Of a DNA stretch of 64,000 nt, positions 1-13,762 are shown piece after piece (the first letter of the stretch is position 1; every line of letters starts with the position of its first letter). The DNA comes from Mustelus asterias (taxonomy: Eukaryota). The notes under the pieces are model-generated. The model searched no databases. It had not been told where the DNA came from and saw nothing but the letters and a program-made list of their open reading frames with translations. Made by a program: the position numbers and the translations under genes. The stretch covers positions 148,242,001 to 148,306,000 of the forward strand of contig NC_135803.1 in assembly GCF_964213995.1 (NCBI RefSeq), written 5' to 3'.

Positions 1-11
1 ATTGGCAGTAA

Positions 12-351
12 GGGCGGCACGGTAGCACAGTGGTTAGCACTGCTGCTTCACAGCTCCAGGGTCCTGGGTTCGATTCCCGGCTCGGGTCACTGTCTGTGTG
101 GAGTTTGCACATTCTCCTTGTGTCTGCGTGGGTTTCCTCCGGGTGCTCCGGTTTCCTCCCACAGTCCAAAGATGTGCGGGTTAGGTTGATTGGCCAGGTT
201 AAAAATTGCCCCTTAGAGTCCTGAGATGCGTAGGTTAGAGGGATTAGCAGGTAAAATATGTGGGGGTAGAGCCTGGGTGGGATTGTGGTCGGTGCAGACT
301 CGATGGGCCGAATGGCCTCCTTCTGCACTGTCGGGTTTCTATGATTTCTAT
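12..351 (+). mobile_element. V-SINE, HE1-like family A (tRNA head, V-domain, CR1-type tail)
   Basis: A/B-box head (gcacagtggttagc...ggttcgattcc), V-domain (gtttcctccgggtgctccggtttcctcccacagtccaaagat), and a tail gggccgaatggcctccttctgcactg...ttctatga shared with CR1 3' ends. Confidence 0.9.
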
Positions 352-355
352 AATC

Positions 356-646
356 GGTGACACAGTGCACTGCTGTCTCACAGCTCCAGGGACCTGGGTT
401 CGATTCCCGGCTTGGGTCACTGTCTGTGCAGAGTCTGCACGTTCTCCCCATGGGTTTCCTCCGGGTGCTCCGGTTTCCTCCCACAGTCCGAAAGACGTGC
501 TGGTTAAGTGCATTGGCCGTGCTAAATTCTCCTTCAGTGTTCCCGAACAGGCGCCAGAGTGTGGCGACTAGGGGATTTTCACAGTAACTTTGTTGCAATG
601 ATAATGTAAGCCTACTTGTGACACTAATAAATAAACTTTAAACTTT
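356..646 (+). mobile_element. V-SINE family B (same head and V-domain, different tail)
   Basis: Tail cccgaacaggcgccagagtgtggcgactaggggattttcacagtaac...gtgacactaataaataaactt, repeated many times in the window. Confidence 0.9.
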
Positions 647-926
647 AATCCTTTAAACTAAAGGAACTGTGGGGGCGATTTTGAGCCTGCACTCTTCGCC
701 TGCGGGAGTGGTGGCTTGCGCTCAAATCTGGAGAGCGCAGTTCATGCTGACGTGTTTCCGAGTTCTGATCTTACCGTCCCCTTGCCAGTGGAGACGCCCA
801 AGGCCCCCGGCTGAACTCTTGCCGATCCTCTTCCCGTTGGGTTCCCAGGAGCCCCTGTTCTTCTCCATGGGATGGAGGGGCAGCTGGAGTGAGATCCAGA
901 AGCTCCGCCGTCCTCTGGCGCTGACA

Positions 927-1121
927 TTTAGAAATCTTAGAAACCCTACAGCACAGAAAGAGGCCATTCGGCCCATCGGGTCTGCACCGACCACAATCCC
1001 ACCCAGGCCGTACCCCCATATCCCTACATATTTACCCACTAATCCCTCTAATCTACGCATCCCAGGACACTAAGGGCAATTTTAGCATGGCCAATCAACC
1101 TAACCCGCACATCTTTGGACT
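927..1121 (-). mobile_element. V-SINE family A, 5'-truncated
   Basis: Reverse complement of the HE1-like 3' half and tail. Confidence 0.85.
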
Positions 1122-1566
1122 CGTGGATTCCCGCCATACATTCAAAGCCCTGCATCATGGTGCGGGCATCTCCTGACATGGAGTGTACGTCCTGCACCAA
1201 TGTCTCCACTGCGGATGCCAACCTCTCGGTACGCTGCAGTGAAGGCACCATCTCATTGGATAGAAGGTGCTGGGACTCCAACAATTGGCCTTGCTCTGCA
1301 AGGAGGGCTGCTGTCATCTCTTCCTGATGCTCACAACTCTGTCTTTGCAGCTCCAGCAGCTTTGGGATGACCGGGCCCAGGGGCACATCATCAGCAACGG
1401 GCTCAGTCCTGGGCTCCGGTATCCCTCCGAGTGTCAGTTCCCTGGGACAACCCTGCCTCCGCCTGCTGTGGATCTTTAGTTGTGAAGTGCTCACCAGTGA
1501 GTGACCAGAAGCCTGCCTACCTATTGGACCGAATGAGGTGTGAGCAACTGCATTGGTGCCGGGTGA

Positions 1567-4500
1567 AACATAAAAACATAGAAAATAGGTGCAGGAGTAG
1601 GCCATACGGCCCTTCGAGCCTGCACCACCATTCAATATGATCGTGGCTGATCATGCACTTGCAGTATCTCACTCCCGCTTTCTCTCCATGCCTCTTGATC
1701 CCTTTAGCCACAAGGGCCACGTCCAGCTCCCTCTTGAACATATCTACTGAACTGGCCCCAACAGCTTTCTGTGGTAGAGAATTCCATGGGTTCACAACTC
1801 TGAGTGAAGAAGTTCTTCCTCATCTCAGTGTTGAATGGCTTATCCCTTATTCTTAGACTGTGACCCCTAGTTCTGCACTTCTCCAACATCAGGAACATTC
1901 TTCCCGCATCTTGTCTGTCCAGTCCTATCAGGATTTTATATGTTTCTATGAGATCTCCTCTCATTCCTCTAAATTCCAGTGAGTACAAGCCCAGTCGATC
2001 CAGTCTCTCTTCATATGTCAGTCCTGCCATTCCAGGAATCAATCCGGTGAACCTTTGCTGGACTTCCTCAATAGCAAGAATGTCCTCCCTTAGACTAGGA
2101 GACAAAAACTGCACACAATATTCAAGATTTGGCCTCACCAAGGCCCCGTATAACTGCAGCAAGACATCCTTACTCCTATACTCAAGTTGTCTTGCTATGG
2201 CCAGCATGCCATTAGCTTTCCTCACCGCCTACTGAGGGGAATTTCACAGTAACTTCATTGCAGTGTTAATGTAAGCCTTACTTGTGACACTAATAAATAA
2301 ACTTAAACTTATCTGCATGCCAGCCTTCAGTGACGGTTCCACCATGACACCAAAGTCACATTGCACTTCCCCTTTTCCTAAATTGCCACCATTCAGATAA
2401 TCTTCTTTCCTGTTGTATTGTATTTGCCCACTCAACCAGCCTATCCAAGTCACCCTGCAGCCTCTTGGCATCCTCCTCACGGTACACACTGCCACCCAGC
2501 CTAGTGTCGTCTGCAAATTTGGAGGTATTGCATTCAATTCCTTTATTCAAATCATTAATGTATATTGTGAATAGCTGGGGTCCCAGCACTGAACCCTGCA
2601 GTACCCCCCGCAGTCACTGCCTGCCACTCTGAAAGGACCCGTTTAATCCCATTCTCTGCTTCCTGGCTGCCAACCGGTTCTCCATCCATATCAATACATT
2701 ACCCCCACTACCATGAGCTTCAATTTTCATAGAATTCATAGAAACCCTACAGCACAGAAAGAGGCCATTCGGCCCATCGAGTCTGCACCGACCACAATCC
2801 CACCCCGGCCCTACCCCCATATCCCTACACATTTACCCACTAATCCCTCTAACCTACGCATCTCAGGACACTAAGGGCAATTTTAGCATAGCCAATCAAC
2901 CTAACCTGCACATCTTTGGACTGTAGGAGGAAACCGGAGCACCCGGAGGAAACCCACGCAGACACGAGGAGAATGTGCAAACTCCACACAGACAGTGACC
3001 CAAGCCGGGAATCGAACCCAGGTCCCTGGAGCTGTGAAGCAGCAGTGCTAACCACTGTGCTACCATGCCGCCCCTAATTTTGCTCACTATTCTCTTGTGT
3101 GGGACCTTGTCAAAAGCCTTTTGAAAATCTAGATACACAACATCCACTGGTTCACTTGTCCACTCGACTGGTCACATCCTCAAAAAATTCCAGAAGATCC
3201 GTCAAGCATGATTTCTCTTTAGTGAATCCATGCTGACTTGGGACTGATCCTGTCACCGCTTACCAAATGCTCAGTTATTGCATCCTTAATAATTGACTCC
3301 AGCATTTTCCCCATCACCGATGCCAGGCTAACTATAATTCCTCATTTTCTCTCTTCCTTTTTTAAAAAGTAGGGTTACATTATCTGCCTTCCAATCCACT
3401 GGAACTCTTCCAGAGTCTATGGAATGCTGGAAAACGATCACCAATGTGTCCACTATTTCTAGGGCCACTTCCTTGAGTACTTTGGGATGCAGAGCATCAG
3501 GGACTGGGAATTTATCAGGTTTTAATCTCAGCAATTTCCCCAATACAATTTCCTGACTGATAAGGATTTCCTTCAATTCCTCCTTCATGCTAGACCCTCT
3601 GTCCCCAGTATTTCTGGAAGGTTATTTGTGTCATCCTTAGTGAAGACAGATCCCAGGTATTTGTTCAGCTGGTTTGCCATCCTTTGTTGCCCATTATGAA
3701 TTCACCTGATTCTAACTGTAAGGGACCTATATTTGTGTTCACCAGATTTTTCTTTTCACATAGAAGCTTTTGCAGTCAGTTTTTATGTTTTTTGCAAGCC
3801 TACTCTCATATTCTATTTTCTCCTTCTGAATTAAACCCTTTGTCCTCCTCTGCTGGGTTTAAAGTTCTCCCAGTCCTCAGGTTTGTTGCTTTTTCTGGCC
3901 AATTTATATGCCTCCCCTGTGACTTTAACACTATCCCTGATCTCCCTTGTTAGCCATGGATGAGCCACCTTCCCCGTTTTACTCTTGCGCCAGACAGGGA
4001 TGTACAGTTGTTGAGGTTCATCCATGTGTTCTTTAAATGTCTGCCATTGCCTATCCACTGTCAACCCCTTAAGTATCCTTTGCCAGCTTATCCTAGCCAA
4101 TGCATGTCTCATACCATCAAAGTTAGCTTTCCTCAAGTTGAGGACCCTAGTCTCAGACTTAACTGTGTCACTCTCCATCTTAATGAAGAATTCTACCATA
4201 TTATGGTCACTCTACCCCAAAGAATCTCACACCACAAGGTGCTAATTAATCCTCTCTCGTTACACAATACCCAGTCTAGGATGGCCTGCTCTCTAGTTGG
4301 TTCCTCGGCATGTTGGTCGAGAAAACCATCCCTTATACATTCCAAGAAATCTTCCTCCATCACATTGCTACCAGTTTGGTGAGCCCAATCAATATGCAGA
4401 TTGAAGTCATCCATAATAACTGCTGTACCCTTACTGCATACATCTCTAATTTCCTGCTTGATGCCATCCCCAACCTCGCTACTACTGTTTGGTGGTCTGT

Positions 4501-5550
4501 GCACAATTCCCACTAGCGTTTTTTGACCTTTGGTGTTCTGCAGCTCCACCCGTACAGGTTCCACGTTGTCCAGGCTAATGTCCTTCCTTACTATTGCATT
4601 AATCTCCTCTTTAACTAGCAACGCTACCCCACCCCCTTTCCTTACCATCTATCTTTCCTGAATATTGAATACCCCTGGATGTTGAGGTCCCATCCCTGGT
4701 CACCCTGGAGCTAGGTTCCGTGATCCCAATTATATCATAACCAGTAATGACTGACTGCTCAGTTAATTCATCCACCTTATTATAAATGCTCCTCGCATTG
4801 GGACACACAGCCTTCAGACTCGATTTTTGGCATTTATTGCCCTCTTACAATTATGATGTAATATGGCCCCTTTTGAGTTTTGTCTTTGGTTTCTCTGCCT
4901 TCGACTTTTCCCCTTACTGCCTTTTGTTTCTGTCACAACTTTACTTCCCTCTGACTTGCTGCATTGGTTCCAATTCCCCTTCCATATTAATTTAAACCCT
5001 CCCCAACAGCACTAGCAAACACTCCCCCTAGGACATTGGTTCCCGTCCTGCCCAGGTGCAGACTGTCTACTTTGTACTGGTCCCACCTCTCCCAGAACCG
5101 ATTCCAATGTCCCAGGAATTTGAATTCTTCCCTCTTGCACCATCCCTCAAGCCACGTATTCATGTTAGCTGTCCTGACATTCCTACTCTGATTAGCACGT
5201 GGCACTGGTTGCAATCCTGAGATTACTACCTTTTGAGGTCCTACTTTTTAGTTTAACTCCTAACTCCCTAAATTCAGCTTGTAGGACCTCATCCCGTTTT
5301 TTACCTATATTGATGGTGCTTGCATGCACCATGCCAACTGGCTGTTCACCCGTCCCCTCCAGAATGCCCTACAGCCACTCCGAGACATCCTTGACCCTTG
5401 CACCACGGAGGCAACATACCATCCTGGAGTCTCGTTTGCATTCGCAGCAACACCTGTCTATTCTCCTTCCAATTAAATCCCCTCTCACTATAGATCTGCC
5501 ACTCGTTTTCCTGCCCTCCTGTGTAGCAGAGCCAGCCACGGTGCCATGAA
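1567..5550 (-). mobile_element. CR1 LINE (HER1-like), near full-length, degenerate: ORF1 esterase C-terminus plus ORF2 endonuclease/RT
   Basis: Fragments: PVPRANQSRN...WLEGWCKREEFKFLGHW...LHL (ORF1 SGNH-like), NARSIYNKVDEL...DIIGITE (APE), [29 protein letters not shown]...KFADDT, LVRPNLEYCVQF. Multiple frameshifts and stops. 3' tail at ~1570-1650. Confidence 0.92.
2728..3074 (-). mobile_element. V-SINE family A nested in the CR1 RT region
   Basis: Full-length reverse copy with aatttt on both sides; the CR1 frame resumes on either side. Confidence 0.9.
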
Positions 5551-7057
5551 CCTGGGTGTGGGTGAGAGCTGCGATGCCTCTTCAACGATGGGATTGGAGA
5601 AGTCCCTCTCGGAGCTGCTGGACTCCGGTGGGTCCAGGGGGCGCGAGGATGGTACAGCATATTCCGGTGGTCGACCTGCATGAGAAAGGAGATGGCATCA
5701 ATGCATTACAGGGGATACGGAGGAAACGTGACTCTCTTGAGAAATGACAGCATGTGTGCTGAAGATTCTCACGTTTCTCTGCTGTCCCCACTTCACCAGC
5801 AGTGCAGGCGCGCTCTTCCTCCTCCCCGGCCAACTCGCGGGCTAGCTCCTCAAAACACATGATGGTTCTCAGTTCAGGCACGAGTCCAGCTGGCTGTGCC
5901 CACTGATGGCTGTTGTGGTTGAGTTTGTCCTGTAATGCCACAGAGAGGAAGAGTGTAGGTTGGAGTGTTGACATTTAAGATGGTGATAAAGTGTGGCAGA
6001 TGTGGGGCTTAGGTAGGAGTTGGAGAGTGAGGAGCATGACAACTACTGGGGGCACATGATGATTGTGGGAGGGAGGGGGAACCTGGTGCTTGGTGTTGGC
6101 AAAGTCTAAGGTGGCAGAGTTAGAGATTAGGGGTGCGAGGGGGTCCACTAAATGGCTGGGGGTGGTTTACTTACCTTCGTTGAGCGAAGAAGATCATTCA
6201 TCATCTTCTGACACTGTTGCATTTTTCTGGAGTGCACTTGCACTGACCAGGGCTGCCATTGCATCCCAGGCTGGGTGGTGACCCTGCTGGAAAACCGTCT
6301 CCTGGAACAGGGGTAGAGTGTGTCCCGCCTCTGCTCCACTCCACCCAGCATCCTGGTGAGGGGCCCCTCCGAAATGCATGGTGCTGCCTTCTTGCCTGCC
6401 ATCCCCTGCAGCCGTTGTGGAACGAGTGCTGGGCAGCCGTTTACATGGCCGTTTACCTCAGTGCTTGCAGCAGTTAAGTCATTGTGGGGCAGGCAAATCA
6501 GAGGGAGCACACATAAAAGTCACTGCGATTGAGGTATAAGATTTGGCCCAAAGACACCCCGGCACCTTCGGTGGGAAATACTCTGCCATCTTTTGATAAG
6601 ATTTCACCCAGGCCAACGGCACCATTTCACTGTTCATGAATAACTACTGCCACCTGCTGGCAGAGTTCATCAACAGGCACAACAGCCAAGATGTGAAGCA
6701 AATTAGAGTTGTTATCCCTCCATTGTAAATCTGGTACTGGTGCATTGCCGATATGAGTATTAACGTGTTTATGTGGCACGTCTTGTTTCCTTCAAAACTG
6801 TCAATTTATTAAAATCCAGTGCAATAATTACCAATTACCTGTTTTATAATGCAGAATAATTTGTGCTGTTATTTGCTTTAAAGGAACATTGTTTTTTGAA
6901 ATCATCTTTGCACCTTAAATTGTGGCTAAGATTCATACTCCTCAGAATGTTCTTTTTATTCATCTTGTATATTTACCTGTGGTGGCTGTGCCTTCAGCTG
7001 CCTGAGCTCTGGAATCCTCTCCCTAAACTAAACCTCCCTACTCCTTTACCCCTCTGA

Positions 7058-8016
7058 TCATAAGACCATAAGACATAGGAGCGGAAGTAAGGCCATTCGG
7101 CCCATCGAGTCCACTCCACCATTCAATCATGGTTGATTTCAACTCCATTTACCCGCTCTCTCCCCATAGCCCTTAATTCCTCGAGAAATCAAGAATTTAT
7201 CAATTTCTGTCTTGAAGACGCTCAACGTCTCGGCCTCCACAGCCCTCTGTGGCAATGAATTCCACAGACCCACCACTCTCTGGCTGAAGAAATTTCTCCT
7301 CATCTCTGTTTTCGCTGGAAAGGCGGCGGCTAAGAGGGGATCTTATTGAAACATATAAGATGATTAGAGGTTTAGATAGGGTGGATAGTGATAGCCTTTT
7401 TCCTCTGATGGAGAAATCCAGCACGAGGGGGCATGGCTTTAAATTGAGGGGGGGTAGTTATAGAACCGATGTCAGGGGTAGGTTCTTTACCCAGAGGGTG
7501 GTGAGGGATTGGAATGCCCTGCCAGCATCAGTAGTAAATGCGCCTAGTTTGGGGGCGTTTAAGAGATCCGTAGATAGGTTCATGGACGAAAAGAAATTGG
7601 TTTAGGTTGGAGGGTCACAGTTTTTTTTTTTAACTGGTCGGTGCAACATCGTGGGCCGAAGGGCCTGTTCTGCGCTGTAATGTTCTATGTTCTATGTTCT
7701 ATGTTCTAAAGTGACTCCCTTTTATTCTAAGGCTGTGCCCCCGCGTCCTAGTCTCCCCTGCTAATGGAAACAACTTCCCTACGTCCATCCTATCTAAGCC
7801 GTTCATTATCTTGTAAGTCTCTATCAGATCTCCCCTCAACCTCCTAAACTCCAATGAATATAATCCCACGATCCTCAGACGTTCATCGTATGTCAGGCCT
7901 ACCATTCCTGGGATCATCCGTGTGAATCTCCGCTGGACCCGCTCCAGTGCCAGTATGTCCTTCCTGAGGTGTGGGGCCCAAAATTGCTCACAGTACTCCA
8001 AATGGGGCCTATCCAG
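7058..8016 (-). mobile_element. CR1 3' fragment (minus) containing a nested plus-strand CR1 3' end of another subfamily at ~7309-7707
   Basis: The minus-strand RT C-terminus (LDRPHLEYCEQFWAPHL...) is split by plus-strand MIRGLDRVDS...FFTQRVVRDWNALP ending in (gttctat)n. The whole block sits inside an L2 tail (6985-7056 / 8017-8110). Confidence 0.85.
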
Positions 8017-8491
8017 CACTCCTTAAAACCTACCTGTTTGACCAAGCTTTTAGTCATCTGTCCTAATATCTCTATATATGTGGCTTGGTGTTAAATTTTG
8101 TTTGGCAGTGCTTTGCTGCAGAAGGCTGGGAGCCAGGTCATTGAGCGACTTTAAGACAGAGATAGATAGGTTTTTGATTAATAAGGGGATCAGGGGTTAT
8201 GGGGAAAAGGCAGGAGAATGGGGATGAGAAAAATATCAGCCGTGATTGAATGGCGGTGCAGACTCGATGGGCCGAGTGGCCTAATTCTGCTCCTATGTCT
8301 TATGGTCTTCTGGTCTTTTGTCAAGTGTTTTGGGTCCTTTCATTATATAAATGTAAGTAGTTGTTCCTCTTTCTAATTGCAATGCAGAGATTTCCTCACC
8401 TGCAGTGAATTCTGATGCACAAATGCCTCCCATCTCCACCCCAATAGCACAAAGGTCCATTGCACTTTGGATGTGATGCTGTCTCGTACAA

Positions 8492-9682
8492 TCATAAGAC
8501 CATAAGACATAGGAGCAGAATTAGGCCACTCGGCCCATCGAGTCTGCTCCGCCATTCAATCATGGCTGATATTTTTCTTATCCTCATTTTCCTGCCTTTC
8601 CCTGATCCCCTTGTTCGTTAAGAACATATCTATCTCTGTCTTAAAGACACATGATGACCTGGCCTCTACAGCCTTCTGCGGCAAAGAGTTCCACGGATTC
8701 ACCACTCTCTGGCTAAAGAAATTCCTCCTCATCTCTGTTTTAAAGGATCATCGCTTTAGCCTGAGGTTGTACCCTCTAGTTCTAGTTTTTCCTACTAGTG
8801 GAAGCATCCTCCTCACGTCCACTCTATCCAGGCCTCGCAGTATCCTGTAAGTTTCAATAAGATCCCCCCTTATCCTTCTAAACTCCAATAAGTACAGACC
8901 CAGAATCCTCAACCGTTCCTCATACGACAAGCTCTTCATTCCAGGGATCATTCTTGTGAACCTCCTCTGGACCCTTTCCAAGGCCAGCACATCCTTCCTT
9001 AGATATGGGGTCCAAAACTGCTCACAATACTGCAAATGGGGTCTGACCAGAGCCTTATACAGCCTCAGAAGTACATCCCTGCTCTTGTATTGTAGCTCTC
9101 TTGACATGAATGCTAACATTGCATTTGCCTTCCTAACTGCCGACTGAACCTACACATTAACATTAAGAGAATCTTGAACAATGACTCCCAAGTCCCTTTG
9201 TGTTTCTGATTTCCTAAACATTTTCCTATTTAGAAAATAGTCTATGCCTCCATTCCTCCTTCCAAAGTGCAAACCGCACACTTTTCCACATTGTATTCCA
9301 TCTGCCACTTCTTTGCCCACTCTCCTAACCTGTCCAAGTCCTTCTGCAGCCTCCCTGCTTCCTCAATACTACCTGTCCCTCTACATATCTTTGTATCATC
9401 TTTAAACTTAGCAACAGTGCCTTCAGTTCCTTCTTCCAAATCGTTAATGTACATTGTGAAAAGTTGTGGTCCCAGCACTGACCCCTGAGGCTCACCACTA
9501 GTCACCAGCTGCCATCCTGAAAAAGACCCTTTTATCACCACTCTCTGCCTTCTGCCAGTCAGCCAATCCTCTATCCATGTCAGGATGGCCATAGGCTCTT
9601 AACTTATTTAACAGTGTCCTATGCGGCACCTTGTCAAAGGCCTTCTGGAAATCTAAATAAATCAAGTCCACTGGTTCTCCTT
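8492..9682 (-). mobile_element. CR1 LINE 3' fragment
   Basis: RT motifs [20 protein letters not shown] and LVRPHLQYCEQFW, plus a 3' tail (cataagac)n. Confidence 0.9.
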
Positions 9683-10143
9683 TATCAAGAAAATGTCCTA
9701 CGGTCTAGGAAGAGAGAAAAAGATCCATCTGCCTCATTGCTATCCAGCCGCTGCAAGCTTTCTAGTGTGATGGCCAGGGATAGCACTGGGTTCATTTTAA
9801 CAGCCCCAATGACCCAATACCTAACTCACTCTCATTTAATATCCAACTCGTATGTGAAGAATGATCACATTGCCAAAGGATCTGCTTCACTGTATCACAT
9901 GTAGCACAGCCATCAGAGGGAGGAATAAAGGGAGACAATTAGAAAAAGCGAATGGATCTTATCAGCATGGTTTAGCAGGCAGTATCAACTAAGCGATTTG
10001 GGTAACATATCATAAACCACAAACTGAGTCCCAGGATTAGACTGTTCTAGATTCAATGAGAAAAAACTGTGTTTGGATTTTGTGCTAATGCACCTTTTTA
10101 AAATGCATATTATGGTAATTTGGTATCATGGTAATACAAATAT

Positions 10144-10457
10144 AGGGCAGCACGGTGGCACTGGTTAGCACTGCTGCCTCATGGCGCCAGGGACCCGGGT
10201 TTAATTCCCACCTCGGGTCATTGTCTGTGTGGAGTTTACACATTTTTCCCGTGGCTGCATGGGTTTCCTCCGGGTGCTCCAGTTTCCTCCCACAGTCCAA
10301 AGATGTGCAAGTTAGGTTGATTGGCCATGCTAAATTGACCCTAGTGTTAGGGGGAATTAGCAGGGTAAATATGTGGGGTTACGGGAATAGGGCCTGGGTG
10401 GGATTGCAGTCGGTGCATACTCGAATGGCCTTCTTCTGCACTGTAGGGAGTCTATGA
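10144..10457 (+). mobile_element. V-SINE family A
   Basis: Head, V-domain and CR1-type tail. Confidence 0.88.
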
Positions 10458-11639
10458 TATTCAAATTAATCTCCGATTTCATAACACGTTCGAAAGGACA
10501 GGATTTTACTGGAAATGACAGGGTTTCACTTCTCCATGCAAAGGGAGGTAGAAGTTTGAAACTATCTTCTGCAAACAGCAATTGATGATCAAATTATTAA
10601 TTTTAAATCTGAATTGATTTTTTTTGTTAAGTAATGATTAAGGAATCTGGATCAAAGATGGGTATATAGAGTTAAGTTGCAGAACAGCCACAATCCCGTC
10701 TTATTGGGGAACAGGCTCAAGGGGCTAAATGACCCACTGTTGTTACATCCACTTTGGCCGATGCTTGACAAGGCCACCGCTGAACGGTGACCTGCTGCCA
10801 GCAGCTGTAAACGGGTGAGGATTGGACTTCTGCCCCTCAGTGGAAGGAGGTCTCACAATTGAGAGCTGCTTGCTGATCTAGAGACACACTCAGTCATGGG
10901 TGCTACTGGGACTACAAGCAGTCAACCCACAAGGAAGAGTGATGGTGTCTGGAATAAAATAATACCTGGGCTTTTAGGGTACCTGAGTGGGGCGGGGGTA
11001 TGGAGAACAGCTTTGGAAGCCAGACAAGAAGGAACAAAGGCAGGGGTGGGGGGGACACCTTGTAATGGGGGGGCGTTGTCCCTGATTTGCAATGGGCACC
11101 TCCCAAAGGATGCCCCCTGCCCCTCCTGCCCACTTTTTAAATCGGAGGCCTTCCTTCTCCCACCTATGCCAACCATATTATGGCGTGGGCAGTGTAATGT
11201 TTGGGTAAGTTGGCTTGTTGGCAAGCTTAATTGCCTATTTTACAAATCCACCAACTATATTATGGGGTATAGCTCAGGGATGGGATAGTGGCAGGGTGGG
11301 GGCAGTGGACAGAAAGGCAGTGGTTTACCCATCCGTTATATTTTATGTGCACCCCCTGCCAAAAACACATCCCATGGGCAGCTGTAAAATTCAGTCCTAT
11401 ATTAAAATGACTAAGTTGTGCAACGCAGCATTATGTGCATGGCTGAGGAAAATTATCTATTCATGCAAATCTGAAATAAATATGCCTTTTATTAAATTCG
11501 AGATACTTCCATATATGAAACTGAGTTCATTTTTAACCATAGTGGGAGCAATTTGTTTGTAGTCTGAAATTAAAGTCAGCATAGTGTACAAACTATATAC
11601 CTACAATTTCTATCAGACGTGCTCCCTCCATATTTAATT

Positions 11640-12105
11640 TTATCTCTCGTGATCTTGCCGGGCCCGGATTTCCGGTAAGATCAGCCTCACCCCCCCGGAC
11701 CGGACTTGGGGCGGAGAGGGGGGGGATTGACCAAGTTTTGGGGGGGGGGGGGGGCGTGCGATCGGCGAGGGGTGGGTGGCGGGGGCCAATCGGCCAGGGA
11801 GGCCAGCGATCGCTGTGGGGGAGGCAGGTGATATCCAGGGGGTGGAGGTGACTGACAGATCTCCCTGTTCTGTTGCACGGAACTGAGATAAGTAAGCATG
11901 CACAATTGCGCCCGCTATTGTGAGCTGTCTGCTTTCTGGCGAGCTTGGACTCTGCCTCCTCCCCTTACTGGCAGGAAACAGATTATGCTTCATTTTTCCC
12001 ACAGTGGTGAAAGATTGTATTTTTTAACTCACCCAAAAAACGGATCTGAAACTCTCCTGTTTTCACGCTCGTATGGCACTTAGAATTTTATTGGTAAGAT
12101 TGCCC
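11640..12105 (-). mobile_element. GC-rich non-autonomous DNA transposon (Harbinger-N-like MITE) fragment
   Basis: The reverse complement of its end (gggcaatcttacc...ctaagtgcc...cgtgaaaacaggagagtttcagatccgttttttgggtgagtt) matches the start of the element at 19020. Confidence 0.5.
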
Positions 12106-12603
12106 TCTGTGTGTTTGTATGTGTGTGTATTATGCTCAAACAATGATTGCTAATGACATTCAGTTGGCTGGTAGGTGCCACTGAAGCCAATATTCAGCTG
12201 AAGTTCCATGAATATCACTTTATTTACACATGTGTTTCCCAGTACTTGCGTTTGAACTGTGTGATTTATTTGTTGTTAAGTCTAGCCTTATCTATGATAT
12301 AATTTCTATCCAAAAAGGTTAATGCAAGAACAAAACAAAATATTGTTAACATAAATGGTGATTTTTAATTAAATCTATTCTGTAGCAGGATAAGAATTCC
12401 TAATTAAGGTCAATCCACACCATAAGAGATGAGGGCAGCATTCTTCAGGGTGATTGCCAATCGCCCACCTTGTTGAATTGTTTTTGTGTAGAGAGAGGTT
12501 TTAACTCCTCATTTATAATTGTTCACTCCCACTGACGAAATCTGCTTTCCTGCATGCTCTTCCAAGTTACATACACATTTTAACCCCATTGTGTTTTACA
12601 CAG

Positions 12604-12699
12604 GTCAGACAGAAGATGCTGTACGCTGCAACTCGAGCTACTGTGAAAAAAGAATTTGGTGGAGGACACATTAAGGATGAATTATTTGGAACAATGAAG
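12604..12699 (+). CDS. TWF2: Twinfilin (TWF2-like) internal coding exon, N-terminal ADF-H domain
   Basis: tttacacag|GTC...AAG|gtact, 96 nt, phase 0/0. Translates [32 protein letters not shown], the twinfilin signature. Confidence 0.95.
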
Positions 12700-13762
12700 G
12701 TACTGTGATACTCTATTTTAATGGATGAATATACAGGACGTGATCTGTTAATTTCATGTTAAACTTTGGAAAATGTAATGTCTAGCGTACAAATCTATTC
12801 TTCGCAACTGACCTTGCTTTTAGTCATCTTATTCTAAAGTCACGTTCCCTTGTTCTGGATTCACTTTCTAGAGATGCGTAATTCCCTAACAGTGTTAATT
12901 CCCACTGTTATCTTAAACTTTCACCCTTAGATCAAAACAGAAAATGTTGGAAATACTCAGCAGATCAGATAGTATCTGTGGAGAAAGAAAGCAAGTTAAC
13001 ATTTTAGGTAATTTCAGTCCTAAAGTTGCTCCAAATGATACAAACTGCATTTACAAAAGTCTCTTCATCCCAAATACCATCATCCCGTGAATCATATATT
13101 TTCTCCAGGAGCAGCAGAGCTTCCTCAGACTAAAATCATTAATTCTAAAAAGCTCTGACCTTTTTTATAACTGCGCCATGAATTTTTACCTTTATCAAAT
13201 CTTTTCTGATGAAATGTGGCATTTCATTTATCTTCCTGATCGTTTTAGCGTCTACAAGCTGTTTTTTCATGATTTATGTATCTGAACCCATAAATCGTGT
13301 TGTTCGCTTATTCCTGAACTGCTATCTGTTTCCCTAGTTAAATTATACTCCCATCTGCCATTCTAATGTTCAGTGTTGCCTTAAATTGCCTTTACAATTT
13401 TCTGTTCTATACGCAATTGCTTTTATCTCAAACATTGCCTCCTATTTTCCTCTCAATTCCACAAGGTTATAACACAGTTCCAAATTTACTCAATTTTTTG
13501 ATACACTAGGATGGAAACAGTCTAAGCCCAGAAATTTATCCTCAATCTTGTTATGTTGGCCATAATCCTGTTGTTTTATCCATTACATTTTTCAACTGCT
13601 TGTCTGAACCCATGTAAAATCCTCCCCATCTCTAATCTTCCCTCTACCTCTGGTATTATATCCTCCCCACTATACAACTGAAAGGGGAAATAAATAATTT
13701 AGCACATTTATCACATCCTTATTCTTTAACATTGTCAACTTCACTGTGTTTTGAGTGGGTCT

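Larger units (their letters stand above)
669..6610 (-). mobile_element. Decayed Harbinger/PIF-type DNA transposon carrying a spliced Myb/SANT-like gene, interrupted by nested CR1 and SINE insertions
   Basis: Minus-strand exon 6402-6175 (MAGKKAAPCISEGPLTRMLGGVEQRRDTLYP...AWDAMAALVSA...QCQKMMNDL, frameshifted) ends aag|gtaagt. The next exon from 5929 reads DKLNHN...VPELRTIMCFEELARELAG. A coiled-coil part lies at ~1125-1565. Degenerate termini are GGGGCGATTTT (672) and AAGATTTCACCC (6598-6609). Confidence 0.6.

Noticed and set aside
30-587. Recurrent short ORFs such as MVSTAASQLQGPGFDSRLGSLSVWSLH...
   Set aside because: Chance translations of V-SINE copies, recurring at every SINE. The tRNA-like heads are SINE promoters, not tRNA genes.
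1-12603. Upstream twinfilin exons
   Set aside because: No segment encoding the expected ...PCY.LYRLD...EW..I.WSPD.S exon was found, so this region is treated as intron.
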